Assembly (NCBI GenBank): GCA_964591365.1
Contig: CAZQAP010000001.1
Location: 1 to 51,012 of the forward strand
Origin: an uncultured Planctomycetales bacterium
GTDB lineage: Bacteria; Planctomycetota; UBA1135
Length of the DNA: 51,012 nucleotides
Direction: 5' to 3'
In this document: in pieces, positions 1-11,417 of the stretch
How positions within the stretch are numbered: the stretch's first letter is position 1
How the letters are laid out: each line of letters begins with the position of its first letter
The notes under the pieces: generated by a model
The model's input: only the letters and a program-made list of their open reading frames with translations
Databases searched by the model: none
Told to the model about the DNA's origin: nothing
Program-made: the position numbers and the translations under genes

Positions 1-111
1 CGGGAAATCGTGAAGATGAAGGAGCCGGATCTGAATGCCGCCTCCGAGGAGGCTGCCATGCGGATCATCGCGGGCACGGCCCGCTCGATGGGCATCCAGG
101 TGGAGGGCTGA
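1..111 (+). CDS. rplK: 50S ribosomal protein L11, C-terminal fragment (gene begins upstream of the window)
   Basis: Frame 1 reads [36 protein letters not shown] followed by TGA at 109-111. This is an L11-type C-terminus, and it sits directly upstream of rplA as in the canonical L11 operon. Confidence 0.85.
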   Translation, partial: REIVKMKEPDLNAASEEAAMRIIAGTARSMGIQVEG

Positions 112-116
112 AGAGG

Positions 117-803
117 ATGACCGTCAGCCGCCGCATCCGTGAAAACGAATCCAAGGTCGACCGGGCCAGGGTCTACCCGCTGGAAGAAGCCCTGGAACTG
201 CTCAAGAGCCTGTCCAGCGCCAAATTCGATGAAACCGTCGAAGTCGCCGCCCGGCTTGGCGTCGACCCCAAGAAATCCGACCAGATGGTCCGGGGTGCCG
301 TAAGCCTTCCCCACGGCCTTGGAAAGAAGATCCGCGTGATCGCCTTTGCCGAGGGGGCCGCCGCCGACGAGGCCCGGGAGGCCGGAGCCATGGAAGTGGG
401 GGGCGAGGAACTGGCCGGACGCATCCAGGAGGGCTGGACCGAATTCGACGTCGTGGTCGCCCATCCCGCCATGATGAAGGTGGTCGGGCGCCTGGGCCGG
501 GTCCTCGGCCCGCAGGGAAAGATGCCCTCCCCCAAATCGGGCACCGTCACGCCCCAGGTCGGCAAGGCCGTCACCGAGTTCCTGGCCGGGAAGGTGGAGT
601 TCCGGGTGGACTCCGGCGGCAGCGTCCATGTTCCCATCGGGAAGGTCTCTTTCACCCCCGGCCAGCTTGCGGAGAATGCCAGGACATTCCTCGAACATCT
701 CGGCTCCCTCAAGCCGGCGTCGGCCAAGGGCCATTTCTTTCGCAACGTCAGCATCTCCTCCACCATGGGGCCGGGGCTGCGGGTCGAATTCTCCAACGTT
801 TAG
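117..803 (+). CDS. rplA: 50S ribosomal protein L1
   Basis: The 228-aa ORF contains ..[31 protein letters not shown].., typical of L1. It lies between rplK and rplJ. Confidence 0.95.
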   Translation: MTVSRRIRENESKVDRARVYPLEEALELLKSLSSAKFDETVEVAARLGVDPKKSDQMVRGAVSLPHGLGKKIRVIAFAEGAAADEAREAGAMEVGGEELAGRIQEGWTEFDVVVAHPAMMKVVGRLGRVLGPQGKMPSPKSGTVTPQVGKAVTEFLAGKVEFRVDSGGSVHVPIGKVSFTPGQLAENARTFLEHLGSLKPASAKGHFFRNVSISSTMGPGLRVEFSNV

Positions 804-833
804 CCAGGACAGCACGGGACGCGAGAAAAGAAG

Positions 834-1367
834 ATGGTCAGCAACCTCAACAAATGGATGGTGGGCGAGTACTCCGGACTCCTCAAAGGGGAGGAGGGCG
901 GCGTGGTCGTCCTGTGCATGGAGCGCCTCACCGTCAAAGAAGCCGAGACCGTCCGGAACTCGGTCCGGGAAACGGGCGCGCGGCTCCGGGTGATCAAGAA
1001 CCGGCTTGCGCGCGTGGCCTTGAAAGAAGCCGGCATTCCTCTGGAAGGGGACGTCTTCCAGGGTTCCTGCGGAATGCTCGTCGGCGAGTTGGAAGCAACC
1101 ATTGCCGCAACCAAGGCGATCGAGGCCTTTTCGAAGAAATCCAAGGAGCGCAAGATCACCTATTGCGGAGCCTGGTTCGACGGCACTGTGATGGATTCCG
1201 CCCAAGCCGCCAGGATTGCCGCCATTCCCGACCGCCACACCCTGCGGGGCATGATCTGTTCCGCCATCATCGGACCCGCGCGCATGCTTGCCACCGTGGT
1301 CCGGGAAGTCCCCGCATCCACCGCCCGCTGCCTCCAGGCCCGGGCGGACCAGGAGGAGGCGGCCTGA
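834..1367 (+). CDS. rplJ: 50S ribosomal protein L10
   Basis: The 177-aa ORF occupies the L10 position between rplA and rplL and has an L10-like N-terminal region. Confidence 0.9.
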   Translation: MVSNLNKWMVGEYSGLLKGEEGGVVVLCMERLTVKEAETVRNSVRETGARLRVIKNRLARVALKEAGIPLEGDVFQGSCGMLVGELEATIAATKAIEAFSKKSKERKITYCGAWFDGTVMDSAQAARIAAIPDRHTLRGMICSAIIGPARMLATVVREVPASTARCLQARADQEEAA

Positions 1368-1420
1368 ACGCCCCTTCCGATCCCCAGAACCCCCGCCCCA
1401 TTCCAAGCCCAGAAACACCC

Positions 1421-1828
1421 ATGTCCGAGGAATCCCAAGCCACCATTGAACTCGAGTCCGAACTGGAGGAGATCTTCCAGAAGCTGGATACTCTTCCCAT
1501 CGGCAAAGCGGCCCAGCTTGTCAAAGCCATGGAGGAACGCTGGGGCGTGAGCGCCGCAGCTCCCGTGGCCGTGGCTGCCGCACCCGGAGCCGAAGGTGCC
1601 GGAGCCGCCGAGGAAAAGACTTCCTTCGACGTCATCCTCGAAAATTTCGGGGAAAAGAAGATCGAGGTCATCAAGACAGTCCGAGCCATCACGGGACTTG
1701 GTCTCAAGGAAGCCAAGGAGCTTGTGGAAAGCGCTCCCAAGGCTCTCAAGGAAGGCATCTCCAAGGACGAAGCCGAGGAGATCCAAAAGAAACTCCAGGA
1801 CGCTGGAGCCGCGGTCAAGGTCGCCTGA
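1421..1828 (+). CDS. rplL: 50S ribosomal protein L7/L12
   Basis: An internal ATG at 1421 within track ORF 854..1828 gives MSEES...[15 protein letters not shown] (Ala-rich hinge) ...[24 protein letters not shown]...[12 protein letters not shown], a hallmark L7/L12 C-terminal domain. Confidence 0.95.
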   Translation: MSEESQATIELESELEEIFQKLDTLPIGKAAQLVKAMEERWGVSAAAPVAVAAAPGAEGAGAAEEKTSFDVILENFGEKKIEVIKTVRAITGLGLKEAKELVESAPKALKEGISKDEAEEIQKKLQDAGAAVKVA

Positions 1829-1832
1829 GCTC

Positions 1833-1848
1833 GGAGACGGCTGTCTCC
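1833..1848 (+). promoter_or_regulatory. Possible rplL-rpoB attenuator hairpin (GGAGAC-GGCT-GTCTCC)
   Basis: A perfect 6-bp stem with a 4-nt loop lies 5 nt after the rplL stop. There is no clear U-tract. Partial attenuators are known at this position in other bacteria. Confidence 0.25.
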
Positions 1849-1911
1849 CCTTGATTCCGGTTTGTCCCGGCAGCCTCACTCTCCCGGCCGCGAGGGCCGA
1901 GGGGTGGGGGT

Positions 1912-4900
1912 GTGCACCCAACCTTCCATTCCTTCCGCCCCGTGTCCCTGCAGCCCGGCTTTTCCGGGCAGGCTTCTGAAGCTGGAATGATTGCCCAAAA
2001 CGACGAAAAACAGGTCGCCGAATTCCCGGTGCGGGATTTTCGCTCCTTCCCCTTCCAGGGGCAGTCCCTGCTGCCGGGGCTGAGCGACCTCCAGCTCCGC
2101 TCCTACCATTCCTTCCTGCAGATCAACGTCTCCCCCAGGAGGCGCAAGCATGTCGGGCTGGAGGCTCTTTTTCGGGATGCTTTCCCGATTACGAGCCATG
2201 ACAAATCGCTGAGCCTGGAGTACCTGGGGTACACCCTCGGACGCCCGCGATACACCCCGGACGAATGCCGGCAGCTCCGGCTCAGCTATGCCTACCCGCT
2301 GCGGGTGCGCGTGGCGCTCAAAAAGGGAGGCGAACGGGTCGAGGAGGACATCTATCTGGGGGAGGTCCCGATCATGATGGGCGGCGGAGAGTTCATCGTG
2401 AACGGTTCCGAGCGGGTGATCGTGGCCCAGCTCCACCGTTCTCCCGGGATCGATTTCGCCGTGGAGCTCCACAGCGGAGACAAGAAGTTCCATTCCGCAC
2501 GGATCATCCCCGAACGGGGTTCCTGGGTGGAAATGACGGTCTCGAAGAAGGGCACCCTCCAGGTCCGGATCGACCAGCAGGCCAAGTTCTCGGCCATCAC
2601 CCTGCTGCGGGCCTTCAATCCCGACTGGGGAACGAACGACGCTGTTCTGCGGCTCTTCTATCCCGTCGGAACGGTCTCCCGCGGGAAATCCACCCGCGCC
2701 AAGTTCGCCGCCCGGCTCGAAGACAAGCTTGCCCTGGGTGAGATCCGCGACCTCAAGACGGGCGAGACCTGGGTCGAGGCGGGCCAGCCGATCACCGCCG
2801 AAGCCGCGGAACGGATCGCCTCCTCGGATTTCACCGAGGTGGAGGTGATTGAAAAGGTGGAAGACCCCCTCATCCTGAATTCTCTACAGGAAGACGCGGC
2901 TTCCAACCACGACGCCGCGATTGCGACCATCTACGCCAAACTGCGGCCCGGAAACCCGATCCAGCTCGAAAAGGGCCGCGAACTGCTCCACGACCGCTTC
3001 TTCGACTCCCAGCGGTACAGCCTTGGGCGGGTGGGCCGTTTCCGGATCAACCGGAAGTTCAGCCGGCCTCCGGAAGCCGACGAGGGGCCGATCACCCTGC
3101 TGCCCGAGGATTACCTCGACGCGATCCGGTATCTGCTCGGCCTGCGCGCCGGGAATGGCGAGACGGATGACATCGATCACCTGGGCAACCGCCGGGTCCG
3201 GACCATTGCCGAACTCGGCGCGGAGGAGTTCCGCAAGGGTTTGATGAAGGTCAAGCGGGCGGCGGTCGACCGGATGTCCCAGCAGGACGACTCGGAAACC
3301 CAGACCCCCCGGAACCTGATCAATGCCAAGGCCTTCTCCACGTCGGTGGAACAGTTCTTCGCCCGCGGAGAACTGAGCCAGGTGGTCGACCAGACCAATC
3401 CCCTGAGCCAGCTCACCCACGAGCGGCGGCTTTCCGCCCTCGGGCCGGGGGGCCTCAACCGCAAGCGGGCCGGCTTCCAGGAACGCGACGTCCACATCAG
3501 CCACTACGGAAGGCTCTGCCCGATCGAGACGCCCGAAGGCGCCAACATCGGGCTGATCTCCTCCCTTTCCCTCTACGCGGTCCTGGACGACTACGGATTC
3601 CTGGTCACTCCCTACCGGGTTGTCAAGAAGGGCAAGGTCACCGACGAAATCACTTTTCTGCGGGCCGATGAAGAATTCGAGCGCATCTTCGCCCCCGCTG
3701 ACACGGCCATCGATTCCAAGGGAAAGATCCAGGAAGACGAAGCCGGTTACGTCATGTCCCGTTTCCACGGCGACTTCACCTTGAAGAAGGTGGCGGACGT
3801 CGAATTCCTGGATATCAGCCCCGTGCAGATCCTGGGGGTCTCGGCCTGTCTGATCCCCTTCCTCGAGCACGACGACGCCAACCGGGCCCTGATGGGCTCC
3901 AACATGCAGCGGCAGGCGGTGCCCCTGCTTGTCACCGAACCCCCTCTGGTGGGAACCGGCTTGGAGACGACGGTTGCCCACAATACCGGAATGGTGATCC
4001 GGGCCCGGAAGGCCGGAACGGTCGAGTACGTCGATTCCTGCACCATCCGCATCAAGGGAGATTCCGAACCCTACGTCCTGCGCAAGTTCCAGGGCCTGAA
4101 CGAAAGGACCTGTCTCAACCAGGTCCCCATCGTCCGCATCGGACAGAAGGTGAAGCGCGGCGAGATCATCGCGGACGGCGCCGCCACCCACCACGGCGAG
4201 CTCGCACTGGGGAAGAATCTCCTCGTGGCCTTCATTTCCTGGGAGGGATACAACTACGAGGATGCCATCATCGTTTCCGAAAACCTCGTCAAGCAGGATC
4301 TCTTCACTTCCATCCACATCGAGGAATACGAAGCCGAGATCCGGGAGACCACTCTTGGCAAGGAGGAATTCACCCGGGACATCCCCAATGCGGGGGAGCG
4401 GGCCCTGCGCAACCTCGATGAGGACGGAATCGTGCGCATCGGGACCAGGGTCGGCCCCAACGACATCCTGGTCGGGAAGATCGCGCCCAAGAGCAAGACG
4501 GAGCTGACTCCCGAGGAGCGCCTCCTCCATGCGATTTTCGGCCGGGCCGGAGAGGACGTGAAGAACGTGTCGCTCAAACTTCCCGCTGGAGTCCACGGAA
4601 TCGTGATCGGCGCCCGCAAGTTCACGAGAATCGTGAACATGGACCGGGAGGAGCGGCAGAAAGCGCACGAAAAAATCCGTCAGATCGAGGAGGAATACGA
4701 TCTCACGCTGCACTCGGAACTCCAGGCCTGCCTCGACGAACTCCAGGAATACCTGGGCGAAAAGATCAAGGACTCCAAGACCAAGAAGGAGATCAAGATC
4801 ACGAGTGCGAGCCTTTATTCCGAACTGATGTCGGTCATGGAATTCCTGAAAAGCTATTCCGAAGGCGTGGAACATCCTTCCCGGCGGGCCAAGTGCGAGG

Positions 4901-5739
4901 ATATCGTCCGCCAGCACCTGGAACGGATCGACGACAAGGAGGCCTGGAAGATCAAGATGTCCAGCCGCCTTTCCCGCGGGGACGACCTTCCCAACGGCGT
5001 CCTGGAAATGGTGAAGGTCTTCATCGCGACCAAGCGGAATCTTTCCGTCGGGGACAAGATGTCCGGGCGCCATGGGAACAAGGGGGTCATTTCGAAGATC
5101 CTCCCGGAGGAGGACATGCCCTTCCTCGAGGATGGGACTCCGGTCGACATCATCCTCAACCCCCTCGGCGTTCCCTCGCGGATGAACGTAGGGCAGATTC
5201 TCGAGACCCACCTCGGGATGGCCGCGCGCAAATCCGGCTTTCGGGCCATTTCCGGGCCCTTTGACGGCGCTTCCGAGGATCAGATCAAGGAGGCGCTCGT
5301 GGAAGCCGGGCTTCCTCCGACGGGCACCACGCGGCTTTACGACGGCCGCACGGGCAGTTCCTTCGAGCAGGATGTCTGTGTCGGGTACATGTACATCCTG
5401 AAGCTCCACCACCTCGTGGACGAAAAAGTTCATGCCCGCTCCACGGGGCCTTACAGCCTGATCACGCAGCAGCCCCTGGGAGGAAAGGCCCGTTTCGGCG
5501 GGCAGCGTTTCGGGGAAATGGAGGTCTGGGCCCTCGAAGCCTACGGAGCGGCCTACATGCTCCAGGAGCTTCTGACCGTCAAGTCCGACGACGTCGACGG
5601 AAGGACCAAGATCTACGAGTCCATGGTCAAGGGCAAGAACATCCTCGAGGCCGGAACTCCGGTCAGCTTCGAGGTTCTGATGAACGAGATCAGGGGCCTG
5701 GGCCTGAACATCCAGTTGGAAAAGAAGCAGCGCATCTAG
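1912..5739 (+). CDS. rpoB: DNA-directed RNA polymerase subunit beta
   Basis: The 1275-aa ORF carries the rifampicin-region block [34 protein letters not shown], plus NMQRQAVP and [13 protein letters not shown]. The start is ambiguous: GTG 1912 has GAGGGG 7 nt upstream, and ATG 1987 is the alternative. Confidence 0.96.
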   Translation: MHPTFHSFRPVSLQPGFSGQASEAGMIAQNDEKQVAEFPVRDFRSFPFQGQSLLPGLSDLQLRSYHSFLQINVSPRRRKHVGLEALFRDAFPITSHDKSLSLEYLGYTLGRPRYTPDECRQLRLSYAYPLRVRVALKKGGERVEEDIYLGEVPIMMGGGEFIVNGSERVIVAQLHRSPGIDFAVELHSGDKKFHSARIIPERGSWVEMTVSKKGTLQVRIDQQAKFSAITLLRAFNPDWGTNDAVLRLFYPVGTVSRGKSTRAKFAARLEDKLALGEIRDLKTGETWVEAGQPITAEAAERIASSDFTEVEVIEKVEDPLILNSLQEDAASNHDAAIATIYAKLRPGNPIQLEKGRELLHDRFFDSQRYSLGRVGRFRINRKFSRPPEADEGPITLLPEDYLDAIRYLLGLRAGNGETDDIDHLGNRRVRTIAELGAEEFRKGLMKVKRAAVDRMSQQDDSETQTPRNLINAKAFSTSVEQFFARGELSQVVDQTNPLSQLTHERRLSALGPGGLNRKRAGFQERDVHISHYGRLCPIETPEGANIGLISSLSLYAVLDDYGFLVTPYRVVKKGKVTDEITFLRADEEFERIFAPADTAIDSKGKIQEDEAGYVMSRFHGDFTLKKVADVEFLDISPVQILGVSACLIPFLEHDDANRALMGSNMQRQAVPLLVTEPPLVGTGLETTVAHNTGMVIRARKAGTVEYVDSCTIRIKGDSEPYVLRKFQGLNERTCLNQVPIVRIGQKVKRGEIIADGAATHHGELALGKNLLVAFISWEGYNYEDAIIVSENLVKQDLFTSIHIEEYEAEIRETTLGKEEFTRDIPNAGERALRNLDEDGIVRIGTRVGPNDILVGKIAPKSKTELTPEERLLHAIFGRAGEDVKNVSLKLPAGVHGIVIGARKFTRIVNMDREERQKAHEKIRQIEEEYDLTLHSELQACLDELQEYLGEKIKDSKTKKEIKITSASLYSELMSVMEFLKSYSEGVEHPSRRAKCEDIVRQHLERIDDKEAWKIKMSSRLSRGDDLPNGVLEMVKVFIATKRNLSVGDKMSGRHGNKGVISKILPEEDMPFLEDGTPVDIILNPLGVPSRMNVGQILETHLGMAARKSGFRAISGPFDGASEDQIKEALVEAGLPPTGTTRLYDGRTGSSFEQDVCVGYMYILKLHHLVDEKVHARSTGPYSLITQQPLGGKARFGGQRFGEMEVWALEAYGAAYMLQELLTVKSDDVDGRTKIYESMVKGKNILEAGTPVSFEVLMNEIRGLGLNIQLEKKQRI

Positions 5740-5750
5740 GGGGAAAGGCC

Positions 5751-8700
5751 ATGAATGAGAGGACCATGAACGGACCTGGAGAAACTGGAATCCTGCCGCC
5801 GCTGAACCGCGGACCGGTGCCTTTGGAGCCCGAGGATTATCTGGGTGTTTCGATCCGCCTGGCGTCTCCCGAGGACATCCGGGCCCAGTCCTACGGCGAG
5901 GTCAAAAAGCCGGAGACCATCAATTACCGCACTTTCCGGCCCGAAAAGGACGGCCTTTTCTGCGAACGGATCTTCGGGCCGGAACGGGATTTCGAGTGCC
6001 ATTGCGGCAAGTACCGCGGCCAGAAGCACATGGGCATCGTCTGCGACAAGTGCGGCGTCATGGTCACCACCTCGCGCGAAAGGCGCAAGAGGATGGGGCA
6101 TATCAATCTTGCCGCGCCCGTCGCTCATATCTGGTTCTTCAGCGTGACCCCCAGCCGGATCGGCAGCCTGCTCGGGATGAAGAAGACCGAGCTGGAAAGG
6201 GTGATCTATTTCCAGGACTATGTCGTGATCAGTCCCGGAGAAAGCGAATACAAGCAGTGCAAGCTGGTTTCCGAGGATGAATACCGGCGCGCCCGGGCCC
6301 AGTTCGGCGCCAACTTCGAGGCCGGAATGGGGGCCCAGGCGATCGAGGATCTTCTCAAGGGGCTCAACCTGGAGACCCTGTCTGCGGAACTGCGGGAGGA
6401 TCTCAAGAAGTGCACTTCCAAGCAGCGGACCGCCGACCTCATCAAGAGGCTGCGCACCGTGGAGATGCTCAAGGATTCCCCCAATGATCCGGCCTGGATG
6501 ATTCTCGACGTCGTTCCCGTCATTCCTCCTGAGCTGCGGCCCCTGGTCCGGCTCGATTCGGGGAATTTCGCCTCTTCCGACCTCAACGACCTCTACCGGC
6601 GCCTGATCAACCGAAACAACCGGCTCAAGCGGCTGATCGAACTCAACGCCCCCGAGGTCATCATCCGCAACGAAAAGCGGATGCTGCAGCAGTCGGTCGA
6701 CGCCCTGTTCGACAACGGCCGCTGCAAGCGCCAGGTGATGAGCACCAGCAATCAGCCCCTCAAATCCCTGACCGACATGATCAAGGGGAAACAGGGACGG
6801 TTCAGGCTCAATCTCCTGGGAAAACGGGTCGATTATTCGGCGCGTTCGGTCATCGTGGTCGGCCCGGAATTGAAGCTCCACCAGTGCGGGCTTCCCAAGG
6901 TCATCGCCCTGGAGCTGTTCCAGCCGTTCATCATCCGCCGGTTGAAAGAGCTGAAACTGGCCGAGACCATCAAGGCGGCCAAGAAGATGCTGGAGCGGCG
7001 GGATGAACAGGTGTGGGACATCCTGGAAGAGGTGATCCAGGGGCATCCCGTGCTCCTGAACCGGGCGCCCACGCTCCACAGGGTGGGAATCCAGGCTTTC
7101 GAGCCGGTTCTCATCGAAGGGAACGCGATCCAGATCCACCCGCTTGTCTGCCAGGGCTTCAATGCCGACTTCGACGGGGACCAGATGGCGGTTCACCTGC
7201 CCCTTTCGTTCGAAGCCCAGATCGAAGCCAGCACCTTGATGCTGAGCCCGAACAACGTCTTCTCATCGGCCAACGGCGGACCCATCATTTCGCCCCACCA
7301 GGACATCATTCTGGGGCTTTTCTTCCTCACCGCGAAGAAAGCGGAATGCAGGGGGGAGTACCAGGAAGGGAAGCTGGAAGGGATCTACAGTTCGCTCGAC
7401 GAACTGCACCTGGCCTATTCCCACGGCCATCTGGAAACCCACTCGCGGGTGGGAGTTCAGCTTCCGGAGGGGACCCTGGTGGTCGACAAGCCCGGGGCCA
7501 GGCCGAGAAAAGCGGATGGCCGGGAAATGATCTTTACGACCGCCGGCCGCGCGATTGTGAACGACGTCCTGGCCGAGGGGATGCCTTTCTACAACTTCCC
7601 GCTCGACAAGCGGTCCATCCACGAGCTCATTCACGACTGCCTGAGGATCTGCGGGCGCGGGAAGACGCTGGAACTTCTGGACGACCTGAAGGCCCTGGGC
7701 TACAAGGGCGCCACCCGCTCCGGACTCTCCTTCGCCAAGGACGACATGAAGATCCCCGCGAAAAAGTGGCAGATCATCGAGGCCACCCAGAAGAAGGTCG
7801 ACGCGGTCCAGGAGGATTTCCAGAGCGGCGCCATCACCGACAATGAACGCTACTCCAAGGTCATCGACCTCTGGACCAGTGCCCGGGAAGAGGTTTCCGG
7901 AGAGCTGCTCAAGGAGCTGGAATCGGACCGGAGAGACGGCAAGCCCTACATGAACCCCATCTTCGTGATGGCTCACTCGGGCGCCCGGGGCGGGGTGGAC
8001 CAGATCCGGCAGCTTTCCGGGATGCGGGGTCTCATGGCCAAGCCCAGCGGGGAGATCATCGAGGTCCCGATCCGGGCAAACTTCCGGGAGGGGCTGCGTG
8101 TGCTGGAGTACTTCTCTTCGACCCACGGTGCCCGGAAAGGGCTGGCGGACACGGCCCTGAAGACCGCCGACTCGGGGTATTTGACCCGCAAGCTGGCGGA
8201 CGTGGCACAGAACATGGTGGTCACCATCCACGATTGCGGCACCCCCCGCGGGATCCCCAAAAGCGCCGTCTACCAGGGCGACAAGCTGATCGTCCCCCCG
8301 GAGAAGATCATTCGCGGGCGGGTTGCGCGCAACACCATCCGGGACGTGATCTCCGACGAACTCATCGTCGAGGAAGGGCAGCTCATTACCGCCGAAATCG
8401 CCGCCCGGATCGCCCAGATGGGCTTCCAGAAGATCAAGGTCCGCAGCCCCCTGACCTGCGAAGCCCCTCAGGGCGTCTGCGCGCTCTGCTATGGAGAAGA
8501 CCTCGCGCGCGGCAAGCTGGTGGAAAGAGGGCTCGCGATCGGGATCATCGCCGCCGAATCGATCGGGGAACCGGGCACCCAGCTCACCATGCGGACCTTC
8601 CACATCGGCGGCACCGCCAGCCGTTCGGTGGAAGCCTCGGAAACCAAGGCGCGCCGGAGCGGGAAGGCGGATTACCAAGGACTGCGCGTGACCACCAACG

Positions 8701-9953
8701 ATGCGGGGGAGCGCGTGGCTCTTTCGCGGACCGGCGAGGTGATCATTCGGGATTCCAAGGGAAGGGAGCTGGACCGCTATGCCGTTCCGGTCGGCGGCCA
8801 GGTTTTTGCGCAGGAGGGGGAAAAGGTCGTCAAGGGCCAGAAGATCTGTTCCTGGGACCCCCACTTCCTTCCCATCCTGGCGGAATTCGACGGAACGGTG
8901 AAGTTCGAGGATGTGATCGAAGGCAAGACCATGGCCCTGGAAGAGGATCCCAAGACCAAGGTCACCCGGAAAAAGATCATCGAGTCCCGCGGCGATCTCC
9001 ATCCCCAGATCCTGCTGCTTGGCAAGGACGAGGAAGTCCTTTACTACACCTCCATCCCGGAGCATGCCTATCTGGAGGTCGAAGACGGCCAGAAAGTCAC
9101 CTCAGGCACTCTGCTGGCCAAGTCCCCGCGGGCCATCGGAGGCACCCAGGACATCACCGGCGGGCTTCCCCGGGTCACGGAGCTTTTCGAGGCACGCATG
9201 CCCAAGGATCCGGCGGTCATGGCTGAAATCGACGGAATCGTGGAGCTGGGCGAGAAACGCCGCGCCAAGCGGATCATCCTCGTCAAGAACGAGGAGACCG
9301 GAGAGGTGCGGGAGCACATCGTTCCCCAGGCGAAGCATCTTCGGGCCCACACCGGCGACCGGATCAAGGTGGGGCAGTCTCTGGTTGACGGCCCCCTGCC
9401 GCCCCAGGAAATCCTCAAGGTCCAGGGGGAAGAGCGCGTCCAGGCCTACATGATCGAAGAGATCCAGAAGGTCTACCGGACCCAGGGCGTCACGATCGAC
9501 GACAAGCACATCGAGGTCATCGTGTCCCAGATGATGCGCAAGGTCCAGGTCGGCAACCCCGGGGACTCCCGCCTGCTTCCCAACTCGGTCATCGACCGCC
9601 AGAGGTTCCGCCGGATCTCGGAGGGATTGATCGAGCAGGGCAAGACGGCCCCTTCCGCCTCCCCGCTGATCATGGGGATTACCAAGGCCTCGGTGCAGTC
9701 GGAGTCCTTCATTTCGGCGGCCTCCTTCCAGGAGACCACCAAGGTCCTCACCGAAGCCGCCCTGCGCGGCAAGACCGACCCTCTCGTGGGCCTCAAGGAG
9801 AACGTCATCCTGGGCAACCTGATCCCGGCCGGCACCGGGTTCCGGGAGCTGCAGCGCATGAAGATCCGCAAGACCGTGGATTTCTCCCAATTCGAGGAGC
9901 CCGCTGCCGAAGGCGGGCCCGCCGTCCCGGCCGAAATGGAGGCCGCCGGATGA
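5751..9953 (+). CDS. rpoC: DNA-directed RNA polymerase subunit beta-prime
   Basis: The 1400-aa ORF has a zinc-finger [21 protein letters not shown], the catalytic motif [12 protein letters not shown], and a trigger-loop region. Confidence 0.97.
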   Translation: MNERTMNGPGETGILPPLNRGPVPLEPEDYLGVSIRLASPEDIRAQSYGEVKKPETINYRTFRPEKDGLFCERIFGPERDFECHCGKYRGQKHMGIVCDKCGVMVTTSRERRKRMGHINLAAPVAHIWFFSVTPSRIGSLLGMKKTELERVIYFQDYVVISPGESEYKQCKLVSEDEYRRARAQFGANFEAGMGAQAIEDLLKGLNLETLSAELREDLKKCTSKQRTADLIKRLRTVEMLKDSPNDPAWMILDVVPVIPPELRPLVRLDSGNFASSDLNDLYRRLINRNNRLKRLIELNAPEVIIRNEKRMLQQSVDALFDNGRCKRQVMSTSNQPLKSLTDMIKGKQGRFRLNLLGKRVDYSARSVIVVGPELKLHQCGLPKVIALELFQPFIIRRLKELKLAETIKAAKKMLERRDEQVWDILEEVIQGHPVLLNRAPTLHRVGIQAFEPVLIEGNAIQIHPLVCQGFNADFDGDQMAVHLPLSFEAQIEASTLMLSPNNVFSSANGGPIISPHQDIILGLFFLTAKKAECRGEYQEGKLEGIYSSLDELHLAYSHGHLETHSRVGVQLPEGTLVVDKPGARPRKADGREMIFTTAGRAIVNDVLAEGMPFYNFPLDKRSIHELIHDCLRICGRGKTLELLDDLKALGYKGATRSGLSFAKDDMKIPAKKWQIIEATQKKVDAVQEDFQSGAITDNERYSKVIDLWTSAREEVSGELLKELESDRRDGKPYMNPIFVMAHSGARGGVDQIRQLSGMRGLMAKPSGEIIEVPIRANFREGLRVLEYFSSTHGARKGLADTALKTADSGYLTRKLADVAQNMVVTIHDCGTPRGIPKSAVYQGDKLIVPPEKIIRGRVARNTIRDVISDELIVEEGQLITAEIAARIAQMGFQKIKVRSPLTCEAPQGVCALCYGEDLARGKLVERGLAIGIIAAESIGEPGTQLTMRTFHIGGTASRSVEASETKARRSGKADYQGLRVTTNDAGERVALSRTGEVIIRDSKGRELDRYAVPVGGQVFAQEGEKVVKGQKICSWDPHFLPILAEFDGTVKFEDVIEGKTMALEEDPKTKVTRKKIIESRGDLHPQILLLGKDEEVLYYTSIPEHAYLEVEDGQKVTSGTLLAKSPRAIGGTQDITGGLPRVTELFEARMPKDPAVMAEIDGIVELGEKRRAKRIILVKNEETGEVREHIVPQAKHLRAHTGDRIKVGQSLVDGPLPPQEILKVQGEERVQAYMIEEIQKVYRTQGVTIDDKHIEVIVSQMMRKVQVGNPGDSRLLPNSVIDRQRFRRISEGLIEQGKTAPSASPLIMGITKASVQSESFISAASFQETTKVLTEAALRGKTDPLVGLKENVILGNLIPAGTGFRELQRMKIRKTVDFSQFEEPAAEGGPAVPAEMEAAG

Positions 9954-9970
9954 GGACCGGCCCCTGCGGG

Positions 9971-9998
9971 TTGACGGAAACCCCCGCTGGGGTAGACT
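9971..9998 (+). promoter_or_regulatory. Candidate sigma70-type promoter for the str operon (TTGACG-16 nt-TAGACT)
   Basis: The -35 hexamer TTGACG is at 9971-9976 and the -10 hexamer TAGACT at 9993-9998, within the 85-nt rpoC-rpsL spacer. The same -10 hexamer recurs upstream of rplU. Confidence 0.4.
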
Positions 9999-10038
9999 TT
10001 TCCGTTTCCTGCCCGGCCTGACGGTCCGGGATTCCTGA

Positions 10039-10410
10039 ATGCCTACCATCAACCAGCTCATCCGCAAGGGGCGCAAGCCCCAGCGGAAGAAGTCCAAGAG
10101 CCCGGTCCTGGACCAGTGCCCCCAGAAGCGGGGGGTCTGCACCCAGGTCAAGACCATGACTCCCAAGAAGCCGAACTCCGCCCTGCGGAAGGTCGCCCGG
10201 GTGCGGCTGTCCAATGGGAAGGAGATCACCGCCTACATTCCCGGCGAAGGGCACAATCTTCAGGAACACTCCATCGTTCTCGTCCGGGGAGGGCGGGTTC
10301 GGGACCTTCCGGGAGTCCGGTATCACGTCATCCGGGGCACGCTGGATGCCGCCGGCGTGGATGACCGGAAACGATCCCGCTCCAAGTACGGTTCCCGACG
10401 GTCCAAGTAA
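10039..10410 (+). CDS. rpsL: 30S ribosomal protein S12
   Basis: The 123-aa ORF reads [12 protein letters not shown]...[17 protein letters not shown]...[13 protein letters not shown]. Confidence 0.97.
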   Translation: MPTINQLIRKGRKPQRKKSKSPVLDQCPQKRGVCTQVKTMTPKKPNSALRKVARVRLSNGKEITAYIPGEGHNLQEHSIVLVRGGRVRDLPGVRYHVIRGTLDAAGVDDRKRSRSKYGSRRSK

Positions 10411-10412
10411 TC

Positions 10413-10883
10413 ATGCCCCGGAACTACAAGGCCACCTCGCGCTTTACCAGCCCCGATTCCCGCTACGGGTCCATCCTGGCCACGAAGTTCATCAACAAGA
10501 TCATGCTCCAGGGCAAGAAGACACTGGCCACCCGGATCTTCTATGAGGCCGTGGAAATGGCCGCCAAACGGGTGGAGCTTCCTCCCGAGGAGGTCTTCGT
10601 CAAGGCGCTCGAGAACGTGAAGCCCCATGTGGAGGTGCGCAGCCGCCGGGTCGGCGGGTCCACCTACCAGGTGCCGCGCGAGGTGGACCGGAAACGGGCC
10701 CAGTCGCTGGGCATCCGCGTGATTGTGAACAATGCCCGCAAGCGGAAAGGCATGCCCATGGTGCGGCGGCTGGCGGCGGAATTCACCGACGCCTGCAACC
10801 ATGCCGGCGCCTCCGTCACCTGGAAGGAGAACCTCCACAAGATGGCTGATGCCAACCGGGCATACAGCCACCTGGCGTACTGA
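10413..10883 (+). CDS. rpsG: 30S ribosomal protein S7
   Basis: The 156-aa ORF contains ..KFINKIMLQGKK..A..IFY.. and ..ANRAYSH.., an S7-type C-terminus. It lies directly after rpsL. Confidence 0.97.
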   Translation: MPRNYKATSRFTSPDSRYGSILATKFINKIMLQGKKTLATRIFYEAVEMAAKRVELPPEEVFVKALENVKPHVEVRSRRVGGSTYQVPREVDRKRAQSLGIRVIVNNARKRKGMPMVRRLAAEFTDACNHAGASVTWKENLHKMADANRAYSHLAY

Positions 10884-10912
10884 CCCGGTTGGCCGGGCCT
10901 CCCGGCCATGCG

Positions 10913-11407
10913 ATGGTGCTGGACATTCTCCTGGTCAGGATGGACCGGGAATCGCCGCGGAAGTGCAGCCTGACGCCGCTGCGGCGGCGCACGGACCTGT
11001 CCTTACGCTGGGTGTCCTTCTCCCCCGGGGACCAGGTCTCCGTCGGCCGGGTCATCCTGCTCCATCCGGAGGGCAGCCTTCTCCGGGAGGCCGATGCCGG
11101 GCTACCCCTGCTTCTGGTCGATTCCTCCTGGCGCGACCTTCCCCGGGTGATGCGCGGCCTGCGTGGAGAACTGCACCTCCGCCGCCTGCCCGCTTCCTTC
11201 CGGACCGCCTACCCGCGCCGCTCCAAGACCTTCCAGGATCCTCCCCAGGGACTGGCGAGCATCGAAGCCCTGCATGCGGCCACGGCTCTGCTCGGCTCCC
11301 GGGATGACAGGCTCCTGGACGGGTATCGCTGGCGGGGGGAATGGCTTGAGAGGAATCGGGCGCTCCTGCCGGCCTGGCCGGGAGGAAACGGGAATCATCC
11401 GGCGTAG
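10913..11407 (+). CDS. Tsr3/DTW-like putative aminocarboxypropyl transferase (hypothetical)
   Basis: Ordered blocks [53 protein letters not shown] and [15 protein letters not shown] resemble Tsr3 signature blocks as I remember them. I prefer the ATG at 10913; the track ORF starts at TTG 10889. The ORF fills the rpsG-fusA gap. Confidence 0.55.
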   Translation: MVLDILLVRMDRESPRKCSLTPLRRRTDLSLRWVSFSPGDQVSVGRVILLHPEGSLLREADAGLPLLLVDSSWRDLPRVMRGLRGELHLRRLPASFRTAYPRRSKTFQDPPQGLASIEALHAATALLGSRDDRLLDGYRWRGEWLERNRALLPAWPGGNGNHPA

Positions 11408-11417
11408 AATCCCCGCC

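Noticed and set aside
854-1420. A 324-aa ORF (854..1828) overlaps rplJ in another frame.
   Set aside because: Only its last 135 codons (from ATG 1421) are L7/L12. The upstream part is an Arg/Gly/Pro-rich out-of-frame read-through of rplJ.
3355-3456. Possible natural rifampicin resistance in the rpoB RRDR.
   Set aside because: The cluster reads [34 protein letters not shown]. The key positions equivalent to E. coli D516, H526 and S531 are retained. The other differences (Q510E, F514V, M515V, N518T) are not ones I can tie to resistance.
2884-5433. Long - strand ORFs lie opposite rpoB (849 aa). Similar ones lie opposite rpoC (5736..7196, 7263..9065), fusA (11052..13355), secY/adk (22736..24667), rng (39594..41756), obg (41593..42783) and pyrB (45767..47644).
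   Set aside because: Each is in the same codon-aligned antisense frame relative to a confidently identified conserved gene. All have low-complexity G/R/P/D-rich translations. They are a GC3 artefact rather than overlapping genes.
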